Shown in pieces: positions 1 through 9,133 of a stretch of 64,000 bases of DNA. The stretch comes from Cyanobacteria bacterium auto_48_18 (lineage in GTDB: Bacteria > Cyanobacteriota > Vampirovibrionia > Obscuribacterales > Obscuribacteraceae). The stretch's first letter is position 1; each line of letters begins with the position of its first letter. The notes beneath the pieces were generated by a model. That model saw only the letters and a program-made list of their open reading frames with translations. It did not search any database and was not told where the DNA came from. Position numbers and translations under genes: made by a program. The DNA is taken from the NCBI GenBank assembly GCA_036170915.1, contig JAVHQC010000022.1, forward strand, positions 383,420 to 447,419, given 5' to 3'.

Positions 1-1
1 C

Positions 2-139
2 AATGACTCTTTCAATGAAGGTTGGTTTAGCACCAGCGTAATTAAAACTGTGTTGAAAAAGGCACCAGCTGATTTGCGCGTTCACGTGATTCGACCTGCT
101 GAACAAGAAGGTCTCAAGTTTGGCATCAAATTGCGTTAG
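2..139 (+). CDS. 3' end of a gene cut by the window edge, possibly a universal stress protein-like C-terminus
   Basis: Frame 2 is open from the edge: NDSFNEGWFSTSVIKTVLKKAPADLRVHVIRPAEQEGLKFGIKLR*, TAG at 137-139. SV..VL..A...V.VI resembles USP C-termini. Confidence 0.45.
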   Translation, partial: NDSFNEGWFSTSVIKTVLKKAPADLRVHVIRPAEQEGLKFGIKLR

Positions 140-145
140 CTCGCA

Positions 146-1009
146 CTATTTTCTAGCAATTTGCCCCATACGGCCTGCTTGATAGTCGCTTACGGCAACT
201 CTAATTTCATCAGCGTTATTCATAACGAATGGACCATATCGAGCTATAGGTTCTTTCAATGGTTGGCCGGCCAGCAGTAAAAGACTGAGCGGCTTGTCAC
301 CTGTTGCAGTAAAGCCGACCTTGTCGTCATCGCTTGCGAAAATCACAAGTTGATCTATGCCTGCAGTTTCACCAGCCACGCATCCTTGCCCCTCAATGAC
401 GTAAGCCAGGGCTGTTTGATCAGCCGGAATAGCTTGCTCAAAGCTGGCACCAGGTTGAAGAATGACATGCAAATAAAGAATGGGAATGCGAGTGGCAATG
501 ACAGCTTCTTTACCCATGGCACTACCAGCGATTACTTTCACCCAGACCGCTTTGTCTTCGCTTTCGTATACGGGGATATTGGCCGACAGCGTATCTTGAT
601 AGCGCGGGGCGATCATTTTGTCGCTTTGTGGAAGATTGATCCAGAGTTGAAAGCCGTTTAGTCGCCCACCTTTTTTGCGGAAGTTTTCCTCCGGCATTTC
701 GGAGTGCACAAGACCCGAGCCTGCAGTCATCCATTGCACGTCTCCGGCTGCAATCACACCTTTGTTACCGGCTGAGTCTTCGTGCTGCAACGCCCCTTCC
801 AGCATGTAAGAAACAGTCTCGAAGCCCCGATGTGGGTGATCAGGAAAGCCTGAAGCTTGACCAGGCGCGTAGTCAATTGGACCCATATGGTCTAGCAGTA
901 AGAAGGGATCGATATTGTCTAAATTGTGAGTGGGGAATGGCCTGTGTACGGTCACCCCAGCGCCTTCTCTGGCGGTAATGGCGGTGACGATTGATTTTAC
1001 TGATCTCAT
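146..1009 (-). CDS. Pirin family protein (bicupin)
   Basis: DPFLLLDH, GFPDHPHRGFETVSY, QWMTAGSGLVHSE, FQLWINLP and YGPFVMN pirin motifs. Confidence 0.95.
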   Translation of the reverse strand: MRSVKSIVTAITAREGAGVTVHRPFPTHNLDNIDPFLLLDHMGPIDYAPGQASGFPDHPHRGFETVSYMLEGALQHEDSAGNKGVIAAGDVQWMTAGSGLVHSEMPEENFRKKGGRLNGFQLWINLPQSDKMIAPRYQDTLSANIPVYESEDKAVWVKVIAGSAMGKEAVIATRIPILYLHVILQPGASFEQAIPADQTALAYVIEGQGCVAGETAGIDQLVIFASDDDKVGFTATGDKPLSLLLLAGQPLKEPIARYGPFVMNNADEIRVAVSDYQAGRMGQIARK

Positions 1010-1036
1010 GATGACCTCTTTGCGTATTTCGCAAAT

Positions 1037-1091
1037 TACTTTGATATCAAACTATTGTAGTGCAAAGTTGAGATACTTTGATGTCAAAGTA
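1037..1091. promoter_or_regulatory. Two 18-bp palindromic operators, probably bound by the MarR protein, in the divergent pirin/marR intergenic region
   Basis: TACTTTGATATCAAACTA (1037-1054) and TACTTTGATGTCAAAGTA (1074-1091) are near-perfect inverted repeats and near-identical to each other. Confidence 0.75.
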
Positions 1092-1105
1092 AATTATGTT
1101 ACAAT
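1078..1105 (+). promoter_or_regulatory. Sigma70-type promoter for marR, probably giving a leaderless mRNA
   Basis: TTGATG (1078-1083), 16-nt spacer, extended -10 TGnTACAAT (1097-1105). ATG follows 6 nt later at 1112 with no Shine-Dalgarno. Confidence 0.55.
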
Positions 1106-1111
1106 CCGGTT

Positions 1112-1606
1112 ATGAGCAAATTGAAAACATCAGTGATCACGACAGCGAAAGCGCCTCAATTGTCCGCAGATAGTGAAGCTGCTCTGCATTTATTTCGCGT
1201 TTTATTTAAGGCTAATCGAGTGCTTGAGCAGTATTCTTTGCGCAGTACGGAGACGCTCAGTATTTGCCCCAGCGATTTCTATATTTTAGAGGCTTTACTG
1301 CACAAGGGGCCCATGCCCATGGGTGTTATCGCCGGCAAGGTACTGCTGACCCTCGGGTCGCTGTCAGTGGCTGTTGACCGTTTAGAAGAAAGAGGTCTCG
1401 TGGTGCGTCAGGCGCTTGCGCTTGATAAGCGCACCAAGCTTATTCATCTGACAAAGTCTGGCGAGAAGTTGGTCTCGGCACATTTTAAAGGTCATGCTGA
1501 GGAGCTTACAGCGGCAATGTCAGGTTTGAATATACAGGAACAAAAGAAAGCCACTCAGTTGATAAAAAAGTTGGGTTTGTCCGCAGCGGCTAAGTTGCAA
1601 GCTTAA
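1112..1606 (+). CDS. MarR family transcriptional regulator, MhqR-like
   Basis: LHLFRVLFKA...DFYILEALLHKGPMPMGVIAGKVLLTLGSLSVAVDRLEERGLV winged helix resembling Bacillus MhqR; divergent from pirin. Confidence 0.9.
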   Translation: MSKLKTSVITTAKAPQLSADSEAALHLFRVLFKANRVLEQYSLRSTETLSICPSDFYILEALLHKGPMPMGVIAGKVLLTLGSLSVAVDRLEERGLVVRQALALDKRTKLIHLTKSGEKLVSAHFKGHAEELTAAMSGLNIQEQKKATQLIKKLGLSAAAKLQA

Positions 1607-3927
1607 GCCGTCCCGCAATTTTTCGAGGCCAGAGGCAATTCAAACCAAAATGTACTACCAACATTGAGTTCGCTGTCCACGCCAATGGTGCCACCATGTG
1701 CTTCCACTATTGCTTTGCAAATCGCCAGTCCGAGACCGGCGCCCTTTTTTTCAATGCGATCGTCAGATTCAACCTGTTTAAAGCGCTGAAAAATTGACTT
1801 TCTGAATTCGATTGGTATGCCGCGTCCTTGATCTACGACCTTTATCAGCGTGCAGTCAAGATTTGATTCTGACGAAACTGTGATAGTGGAATCTGCTTGT
1901 GAAAATTTGATCGCATTAGATATGAGGTTAACCAACACTTGTAAGATTCGCTCTCTGTCCGCCCATAGTGATCCGCAATCGCCCACTATAAGGCTGACGT
2001 TTGCTTTCTCTGCAGAAATGCGCACCAGTTGAAAGGCAGCGTCAACTAATTCTTCTAGCTGCAGATCTGTTTTTTTCAGTTCGACGGTGCCTGATTCGAG
2101 TGATTCAAGTTGTAATAAATTTTCAATTAAACTCGACATGTAGTTCGCGCTGTTGTAAGCGATGCCGATTAGCTCGGCAACCTCAGGCTCGATATTGTAG
2201 AGTTGATCGTCCAGTAGAGCGAGAGAGCCCTTTATTGAGGTGAGCGGCGCGCGCAAATCGTGGCTAACCATTGATACCATTTCTGACTTGCGTAGGGATG
2301 CATCAAGAGCGCCGTCACGAGCCACGAGCAGTTCTTGGGAGAGCTCCGTTAGTTGACTGTTGAGTGCATCAAGTTCTTCTACCTGCTGTTGTAGCTCTAC
2401 AGCACGTTTTTTCGCCGCCGCAGATAGTGCAGCATCTAAAAGACCGTTGCGCAATTCCAATGCATTGCTAATTTCTGGGCTCGACCAGGGCTGCGACATA
2501 CCTGACACTTTCTCTTTCCACAGCTCAAATGACTTGCGTGGGTGAAGGTGTGCTTCGGCATCAGCCGATTTTTCTGGATTGCCTGCCCAGTGTATCTCTT
2601 TTTCTTGCTGGGGCCTAAACCAGAGCAACCATCTTGAGGCCGTGGTGCTGATGCGCACCGCCAGTAGACCGCTGGCGAGACCTTCCATTCCTTTTGCTGC
2701 TGGTATTATTTTTGCCAGCGAGTCAGTTGCGAACACAATGTCGCTCATGTTTTGCGATAGGCCCAAAGCCAAAAGGTTGACATCGTCTTTGCTAGGGGTT
2801 TCACCGACTAGATAAGTGGCATCATTCCAAATTACTGCTGCACCCTCTGCCCGTGCAATCTCAAGTAGCTTGCCAGAGCTGGCTATGGCAGCAGGTACAT
2901 CCTCCTGGGCGAAAACGTGCAGCAGCAAATCTTTCCGGTTGTGATTTAACTCGACAATAGTTTGATAGTTTTCTCGCTCTTCCAGCGTGTCTATTTGCAG
3001 TGAGACCAGGCGGGCGATAAACTCGCATGCTTGCCTGGTGCGATAGTCAACATGTCTTGGTGTGAAATGATGGCAGGCAATCAGGCCACGAAGAGAGTCA
3101 TTATTTACCAGAGAAAGCGACATGGAGGCAGCGACTTTCATGTTCTTCAAGTATTCAATATGTATTGGAGACATGCTGCGTAAAATCGATAAACTCAGAT
3201 CGAGCGGCGCGCCGGTGCTTGGATTGTTGGCCGGCAGTATTGCTGCCGGTTGAGCATTGACATCAACCAGCAGGCGAAGATAATTGCGTTTGTACAGCTC
3301 GCGAGCTTGAGCTGGAATGTCACTGGCCGGAAACTGCAGGTGCAGATAGCTTTCTACGCCGTCTGCTTTGCATTCGGCCTCTACTGTCCCGTTCCACTGT
3401 TTGTCAAACAGATACAACAGCACTCTGTCGAAGCCTGTAAAGCTTTGCACAAATTGCACGGAGGTTTCAAGCAGTTTTTGTTTGCTATCACAGGCGAGCA
3501 ACTGCGAAACAGCATCATTGCTGGTGCGAAAGAAATCTAACGATTGCTCGGCCTTACGACTTTCTGCTTCTTCTAGCTCAAGTACGAGAAGTTCTTCAGA
3601 GACATGAATCACTGCATCAAATGCTTTCGACGTTGGCCGGCAGTTTACCACCAAGCGTAATGGATTAAGCTGGGCTACACCTGTTAGCGAAAGCCTTGTG
3701 GTCAGCTCTGTTCTGGCAGTTTCGCCAATTAAGAATTGCAGCGGTTTGCCGATAATTTCGCTGGATGCGATACCAAATATGGTGGCAGCAGATTCGCTCA
3801 CTTGTAAAATCAATAGCTCAGAACGAGACATGGTGAGTAAAACGCCGTGTGGCTGAATCGCGCCAGGAATGTGGATTTTCTCGTCTTCGCAGAGTAACGG
3901 CTCTGTTCCCATTTGACGTTGTTGCAC
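1603..3927 (-). CDS. bphP: Bacteriophytochrome histidine kinase (PAS-GAF-PHY-HisKA-HATPase), biliverdin type
   Basis: N-terminal CEDEKIHIPGAIQPHG (Cys13), GFDRVLLY, PASDIPAQARELY, LRSMSPIHIEYLKNM, PRKSF tongue motif, H-box SHDLRAPL, N/G boxes. Confidence 0.93.
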   Translation of the reverse strand: MQQRQMGTEPLLCEDEKIHIPGAIQPHGVLLTMSRSELLILQVSESAATIFGIASSEIIGKPLQFLIGETARTELTTRLSLTGVAQLNPLRLVVNCRPTSKAFDAVIHVSEELLVLELEEAESRKAEQSLDFFRTSNDAVSQLLACDSKQKLLETSVQFVQSFTGFDRVLLYLFDKQWNGTVEAECKADGVESYLHLQFPASDIPAQARELYKRNYLRLLVDVNAQPAAILPANNPSTGAPLDLSLSILRSMSPIHIEYLKNMKVAASMSLSLVNNDSLRGLIACHHFTPRHVDYRTRQACEFIARLVSLQIDTLEERENYQTIVELNHNRKDLLLHVFAQEDVPAAIASSGKLLEIARAEGAAVIWNDATYLVGETPSKDDVNLLALGLSQNMSDIVFATDSLAKIIPAAKGMEGLASGLLAVRISTTASRWLLWFRPQQEKEIHWAGNPEKSADAEAHLHPRKSFELWKEKVSGMSQPWSSPEISNALELRNGLLDAALSAAAKKRAVELQQQVEELDALNSQLTELSQELLVARDGALDASLRKSEMVSMVSHDLRAPLTSIKGSLALLDDQLYNIEPEVAELIGIAYNSANYMSSLIENLLQLESLESGTVELKKTDLQLEELVDAAFQLVRISAEKANVSLIVGDCGSLWADRERILQVLVNLISNAIKFSQADSTITVSSESNLDCTLIKVVDQGRGIPIEFRKSIFQRFKQVESDDRIEKKGAGLGLAICKAIVEAHGGTIGVDSELNVGSTFWFELPLASKNCGTA

Positions 3928-4097
3928 CTGTAACCATTAGACATATATATCCAGATATCATACCCTCATTGGCAAAATTTTCGCCAGTCGAAGCTCATCA
4001 ACTGGTCAGTTAACCGTTCACTTTATTAAGTGACACGGTGCATCGTTTTGGCTCCGCTTAGCACTCTAAATTGAGATTAGTCAACAGGAGGCGAACT

Positions 4098-6071
4098 ATG
4101 CAAGTGCCCGACGAACCAATGCAGTTGGAAAATAAAATTGGTCTATTCTGGTTAAACAGGATAGGCATCGGAGCTCTAGTGCTCGGCTTTGCTTTCTTGA
4201 TGATGTATTCCATTCAGCAGATGGGCCCCCTACTTAAAATTGCCATTGGTTTGATTGTTTCTGCCGCCCTGGTACTGGGTGGTGAACTGATGGGGCGGCA
4301 AGATAATCGTCGCTGGTTTGGCCATGGCCTGGCGGCAGGTGGATGGTCGCTCGCTTATTTCGTCACTTATGCTGCTTATTACATTCAACAGTCACAGGTA
4401 ATTTATTCTTTACCGCTTGAAACTTTTTTATTGCTTAGCGTGGCCATAGGCTCGCTTGGTTGGGCCGTGCGCGCTCGTTCTGAGCCACTGGCCATACTTT
4501 CTCTGGCGCTGGCTGGGGTCTCTATTTTGTTTAGCGAACCCAGTCTCATGGCTGATAGCTCCTTTCTCATACTGGCTGCTCTAGCATCATTTTTGGGTTA
4601 TCGCCAGGGTTGGAAAATGCTTTTTGCATTTGCCCTGGGTGTTTGTTATTTCGGGCATTATTACTGCAGCCAGGGTCTTGTCTCCGGCGGCAGCGCCACG
4701 TCAGATCCGCTCTTATCTGCCCTGTTCATCTCGTGCATCTGGCTGTCATTTTCTATTGGACTGGGCTATTGCACAAAGCTTGATCAAGCCAAAAACACTT
4801 TTGTAATTTCAGTTTCTTACGCTAATGCTGCATTGTTTGCTTTCGGGCTCTGTGCTTTCGGTAACAGTCTCGATAAAAACGTGGTGGAGACAATCTTAGC
4901 GGCGTCAGGTGCAGTTTATTTGGCAATGGCCAGATGGTTGCATAAACGCCACTGCGCGAGCCTTGCCAACGTGCATTTCTTGCTCGGTCTGGCACTTCTG
5001 AACGGCGCTAAAGGCATGCGTTTTACAGGAATGGAAATGCTCAGCCTCGATATTATGCAGATTTGGCTATTGATGGTGCTGGGAATAAAGAACAATATTT
5101 CCGCCTTTAAATATTTTGCTTACTTTTTGCTGGTGGTCTTTACTGGACAGTGGCTTTTAGAATGTGGGAGATACGCAGGCGATGCAATCTATGGTTTTAC
5201 CTGTTTCCCTTGCGATAAAATGGCACTGGTAGCTGTTATAGCCTTTGCTCATGTGGCTTCCTTCAGCCGTAACCATCTAGAGGGAAACAGCCAGGATGCA
5301 AGCGAATTTGGGCCGCTAGGCGCTTTTACCGCCGTGAATTTTCACGAAAAAGCATTCTATCTGTTTGCCAATGTGATGTATTTCTTGCTCGCCCAGCATC
5401 TCGTCTCACTTTCTGCTCTCTGTTTGGCTTTAGCCGTGCAGTGTGCCATTGCACTACATCTTGGCGTGAAATTGAAAGACCAATTTTATTCTTCATTTGG
5501 TGTGGTCACGTTCATAGCTTGTGTTATGGCCACTTGTCAGTATTATTACCACTGGACAAGCCTGTTTACTGGTCTTGAAGTTGTAGTCTTCTACGCACTC
5601 TATTTTGCTTCGAGAAAACATCAAGCAGGAGATTGCTTCGAATCTGACTGCATCAAACTGCTCGCACCACATGCGGCGACCGGGCTTCTTACTGTGCTTT
5701 TGATAAAAGAGATCACTGGGACATATTTGACTTTTACTTTGGGTCTAGAAGGTTTGCTTTTGATGATCGTCGCCTTTTTACTCAAAGACAGAATTTTGCG
5801 AACTCATGCGTTTTCGGTTATTTTTGTTCTCGTGGCTAAATTGCTACTCTTTGATCTGGCTAACCGCGGCACTCTTGAGCGCATCGTTTCATTCATCGGC
5901 GCGGGTGTGACTTTATTGCTTTCGTCCTACGTATATGCATTGGGCACCCACGCGTTTAAGTCGAAAGAAGCTGACCAATCTTTAAAGCCGCCGTTAAAGC
6001 CTTCGGAGCAGCTTGAGCATTCTGAAGAAGCAGAGGTTGTGGCGGACAATTTCTGTGTGGAAGCTCCCTAG
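4098..6071 (+). CDS. DUF2339-like polytopic membrane protein
   Basis: LENKIGLFWLNRIG... N-terminus and KLLLFDL...ERIVSFIGAG C-terminus, many TM helices. ATG at 4098 follows AGGAGG (ORF track starts at 4071). Paralog of 48192-50486. Confidence 0.8.
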   Translation: MQVPDEPMQLENKIGLFWLNRIGIGALVLGFAFLMMYSIQQMGPLLKIAIGLIVSAALVLGGELMGRQDNRRWFGHGLAAGGWSLAYFVTYAAYYIQQSQVIYSLPLETFLLLSVAIGSLGWAVRARSEPLAILSLALAGVSILFSEPSLMADSSFLILAALASFLGYRQGWKMLFAFALGVCYFGHYYCSQGLVSGGSATSDPLLSALFISCIWLSFSIGLGYCTKLDQAKNTFVISVSYANAALFAFGLCAFGNSLDKNVVETILAASGAVYLAMARWLHKRHCASLANVHFLLGLALLNGAKGMRFTGMEMLSLDIMQIWLLMVLGIKNNISAFKYFAYFLLVVFTGQWLLECGRYAGDAIYGFTCFPCDKMALVAVIAFAHVASFSRNHLEGNSQDASEFGPLGAFTAVNFHEKAFYLFANVMYFLLAQHLVSLSALCLALAVQCAIALHLGVKLKDQFYSSFGVVTFIACVMATCQYYYHWTSLFTGLEVVVFYALYFASRKHQAGDCFESDCIKLLAPHAATGLLTVLLIKEITGTYLTFTLGLEGLLLMIVAFLLKDRILRTHAFSVIFVLVAKLLLFDLANRGTLERIVSFIGAGVTLLLSSYVYALGTHAFKSKEADQSLKPPLKPSEQLEHSEEAEVVADNFCVEAP

Positions 6072-6146
6072 AAACAGAAATGTTTTTTACTTAATTCTCT
6101 AACCGTTACTGCCATTATCATTTGCGGCATACATCAATACTGGAAT

Positions 6147-6653
6147 TTGATGGCAGCTCAAGCGGTGAAAGAGGCTATGTTGGAAAGTATTTTGATTTTG
6201 CAAGAAAAAATTGGTGAGCCTAACTATGCAGCGCAAGAGCTAGAGCACGCTGGATATCGCGTGGTAACGGTGCCTAAATTGTCTGTGGCCATAAGTTGGT
6301 TGAGGGTTAATACACCGATTTTGATTGTGGCCCCCGTGCATTTAATCGACGACAATGTTTTCGACTTGCTGCGCTTTGTGCGAAATGATTTTCAGCTAAA
6401 AGACACCAAAATTATGCTTTATTGCGTGACTGATTCGCCTTTCACAATGGGAATGAGTAATACGATTTCGTCGGCAGCGCGAGCCATGGGTGCCAATGCC
6501 GTTTTAATTGGCCATGATTTTGTTAGTAAGGCTTTCTGGCAGACGGTCAGTCCTTTGCTTCCTACTGCGAATGACAAACCGTTGCCCGTCTCTGATTCTG
6601 AAAAAATCCGTTTATTCATGGCTGATCAAGAAATCAGTCATAGTGACACGTAA
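6147..6653 (+). CDS. Atypical stand-alone receiver (REC)-like protein
   Basis: REC-like pattern (ILIL..., GYRVVTV, FDLLRFVR, ARAMGA) but with PILIVAPV where the phosphoacceptor motif PDLIILDV is expected. Confidence 0.6.
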   Translation: MMAAQAVKEAMLESILILQEKIGEPNYAAQELEHAGYRVVTVPKLSVAISWLRVNTPILIVAPVHLIDDNVFDLLRFVRNDFQLKDTKIMLYCVTDSPFTMGMSNTISSAARAMGANAVLIGHDFVSKAFWQTVSPLLPTANDKPLPVSDSEKIRLFMADQEISHSDT

Positions 6654-8213
6654 CTATACTTTTGCCGCTTTCAGTTTTATTTCGATTTCGAGGCCATGCG
6701 GCACTTTGTTGCGAATCACCATAGAGCCTTGACAGGCGGTGATGCACGATTTAACAATAGCCAAGCCGAGTCCTGCCCCACCATAACTGCGACTGCGAGA
6801 AGCTTCTGGTCTGAAGAATGGTTCGCCTAAATGTTTCAATGCTTCGGGGGGCACTCCCGGCCCCTGATCGGCAATGATCACTGTTATGTCTTCACCATTC
6901 AGTATTCCACTAATAGTAATTTTGTCTTCACTGCCTGCATAACGCACGCTATTGCGAAGCATATTGCCAATGGCGCGCTCAAGCAACATATGGTCTGCCA
7001 GAGGCACCACATCGTCGCCAATTTCAATCGAAATAGTTTCTGCAATGGCCAGTCGCAGGGCCAGATTTTGCACCAGTGGTTTGAGCGGTACTGCTACCAG
7101 GTCTTGCGTGGTGCCTTTTAGTTCTGCTTTTGAAAATGACAGCAATTCGTTCACAAGACTATTCATCTCGGTCACTTCTTCTTTAATGTCTTTGATCATG
7201 TTTTGTTGGTCGGCAGTGGATGACTCTTCTAAAAGCTCTAGTGCCATCTGCAACCGGGCAATTGGTGTACAGAGCTCGTGTGAAATATCACCCATCAGTC
7301 GCTTTTGCCCCACCACAAAAATACTGATGCGCTCCGCCATGGAATTTACCGCTTCAGCCAACCGCCCTAGTTCATCGTTGCGGTTGGTATTTAGTCTGGT
7401 GTCGAAATGCCCGTCTGCTATTTCTTCAGTGGCTCGGGTGAGGGTAGTGAGCGCCTTGGTAATCTGAAGAATAAATGGCAACCAGAAAAGCATGGAGAAA
7501 GTCAGAACCGTAGCCAGTGTCAGCGCCACCATTTTTAAATCAATCAGTAAGTTGCTTTGCCAAATATTGTCTGACATTGCCACAAGTGCCAGCGGCCTTG
7601 GCGGTTCACCGGGCATTGATGGCAATATTAAGTGCGTACCGAACCAGAAACAATCAGGATTATTTGTATGAATTAAAAAGCGACCATGAGGTGGAGGAGC
7701 TGGTGGTGGCCAACCGGGCAGCATATCAGATTGTGGTAGCGGGCGCGGGTGCGGTAGCGGGAGGGGGCGCGGTCGAGACATAGGGCCGAAATCAGGCTGA
7801 AAATCAGGTGGTGGGCCAGGTCTGTCTAGGGGGAACGGCGGGTGTGGACCCCCAAATAGTGGATGAAAACTGACCTTGTCTTGCACTTTTGCAGGCAAAG
7901 TCACAGCTTCGCCTGCCAGTTGCTTACCACCTGTATCGAATAAATAGAATTTGACCTGATAAATCTGGCCGAAATTAGTCAGAACATTTGTCCAGTTTTG
8001 TTTTGGAGTTAGCCGAATTTGATCGCCAATGGTTTGCGCGGCAGTGTCAATGCGACTTCCCGCAGGGCTCTTAAGCAGAGCGTCCCAGCCAAATCCAAAT
8101 TCGGCGTTGAAGCTTACAAATAAAACTGCCTGAAAAATACCTAAGTAGATCAGTAGCAGATAAAGAAATTTTGCAGTGAGGCTGCGTGTGTAGGACTGCA
8201 GTAAATTTTTCAT
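6654..8213 (-). CDS. HAMP sensor histidine kinase, CpxA/BaeS-like, with Pro-rich periplasmic insert
   Basis: Two TM segments, HAMP (DELGRLAEAVNSMA), H-box DISHELCTPIARL, DQGPG and GGAGLGL. Confidence 0.9.
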   Translation of the reverse strand: MKNLLQSYTRSLTAKFLYLLLIYLGIFQAVLFVSFNAEFGFGWDALLKSPAGSRIDTAAQTIGDQIRLTPKQNWTNVLTNFGQIYQVKFYLFDTGGKQLAGEAVTLPAKVQDKVSFHPLFGGPHPPFPLDRPGPPPDFQPDFGPMSRPRPLPLPHPRPLPQSDMLPGWPPPAPPPHGRFLIHTNNPDCFWFGTHLILPSMPGEPPRPLALVAMSDNIWQSNLLIDLKMVALTLATVLTFSMLFWLPFILQITKALTTLTRATEEIADGHFDTRLNTNRNDELGRLAEAVNSMAERISIFVVGQKRLMGDISHELCTPIARLQMALELLEESSTADQQNMIKDIKEEVTEMNSLVNELLSFSKAELKGTTQDLVAVPLKPLVQNLALRLAIAETISIEIGDDVVPLADHMLLERAIGNMLRNSVRYAGSEDKITISGILNGEDITVIIADQGPGVPPEALKHLGEPFFRPEASRSRSYGGAGLGLAIVKSCITACQGSMVIRNKVPHGLEIEIKLKAAKV

Positions 8214-8962
8214 GGCCTGCTATCTGTTGGGTCAATAAGCATGTAACCAGCTGCGCGGACGGTGCGAATGAAGCGAGGGTTTTTAGGATCGTCTTGCAAT
8301 TTTTTTCGCAGGGCAGATATGTGTACGTCTATGGTGCGATCGAAAATATCGAAATGGCGTTCTCTGATTTCGTTGAGTAATTGTTCTCGAGTTTTGACCC
8401 GATTTTTCGCTTGAGCAAGCACCACAAGTAAATCAAACTCGACTGGAGTCAATGAGACAATTTCTTCGTCTAGCGTGGCTTTGCGAGCTAGCAGATCAAT
8501 TAAAAGCGGACCCACTTTAATTTCTGTCTTTACGCTTGACTCCGCTGGCCGCGCACGTCTTAATACTGCACGCAAGCGCGCAAGTAGTTCTCGTGGTGAA
8601 AATGTTTTTGGCAAATAATCGTCGGCACCAATTTCAAGACCGACGATGCGATCTGTTTCATCACCAAGCGCTGTGAGCATGAGCACAGGAATTTCACTCT
8701 GTTCGCGCAGCTTGCGCAAAACGCCGTAGCCGTCCAAGCCAGGCAACATGACGTCTAAAATGATGGCATCGAAATTTTTTCCGTCACCGGTTTGCGCTGC
8801 CTGAAGGCCCGCCGCACCATCATGAACCGAGGTGACCAGATAGCCATAACGACCTAGATAGTCAGTGATCAGACGACAATATTTGATATCGTCGTCAATG
8901 ATTAAGAGGCGCAAGCCTGCGCCTGTTTGTAAATCGTTCGCTGTATTGCCGGGAATAATCAC
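8210..8962 (-). CDS. OmpR-family response regulator, CpxR-like
   Basis: LLIIDDD, IILDVMLPGLDG, GLEIGADDYLPK, DRTIDVHISALRKKL, IRTVRAAGY; ATGA overlap with the kinase. Confidence 0.93.
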   Translation of the reverse strand: MIIPGNTANDLQTGAGLRLLIIDDDIKYCRLITDYLGRYGYLVTSVHDGAAGLQAAQTGDGKNFDAIILDVMLPGLDGYGVLRKLREQSEIPVLMLTALGDETDRIVGLEIGADDYLPKTFSPRELLARLRAVLRRARPAESSVKTEIKVGPLLIDLLARKATLDEEIVSLTPVEFDLLVVLAQAKNRVKTREQLLNEIRERHFDIFDRTIDVHISALRKKLQDDPKNPRFIRTVRAAGYMLIDPTDSRP

Positions 8963-9133
8963 AACTTTTCCTTTGGTTATATCAATGGTAAACCATCGGT
9001 ATTAAGGCGCCTTTACAAATGCTTTAAGAAGTCTGGTTTTTCCTCATAAATGCTTAACTGCCATAGGCTTTGATAGAAGGGTTAGCGTTGGCTTTGAACG
9101 GGGCCGGCCCCAATCAAATCAAGGAGGAAAATT

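Noticed and set aside
4058..4084. TTAGCACTC as a CIRCE (HrcA) element
   Set aside because: Only the left half matches; no GAGTGCTAA after a 9-nt spacer, and the downstream gene is not a chaperone.
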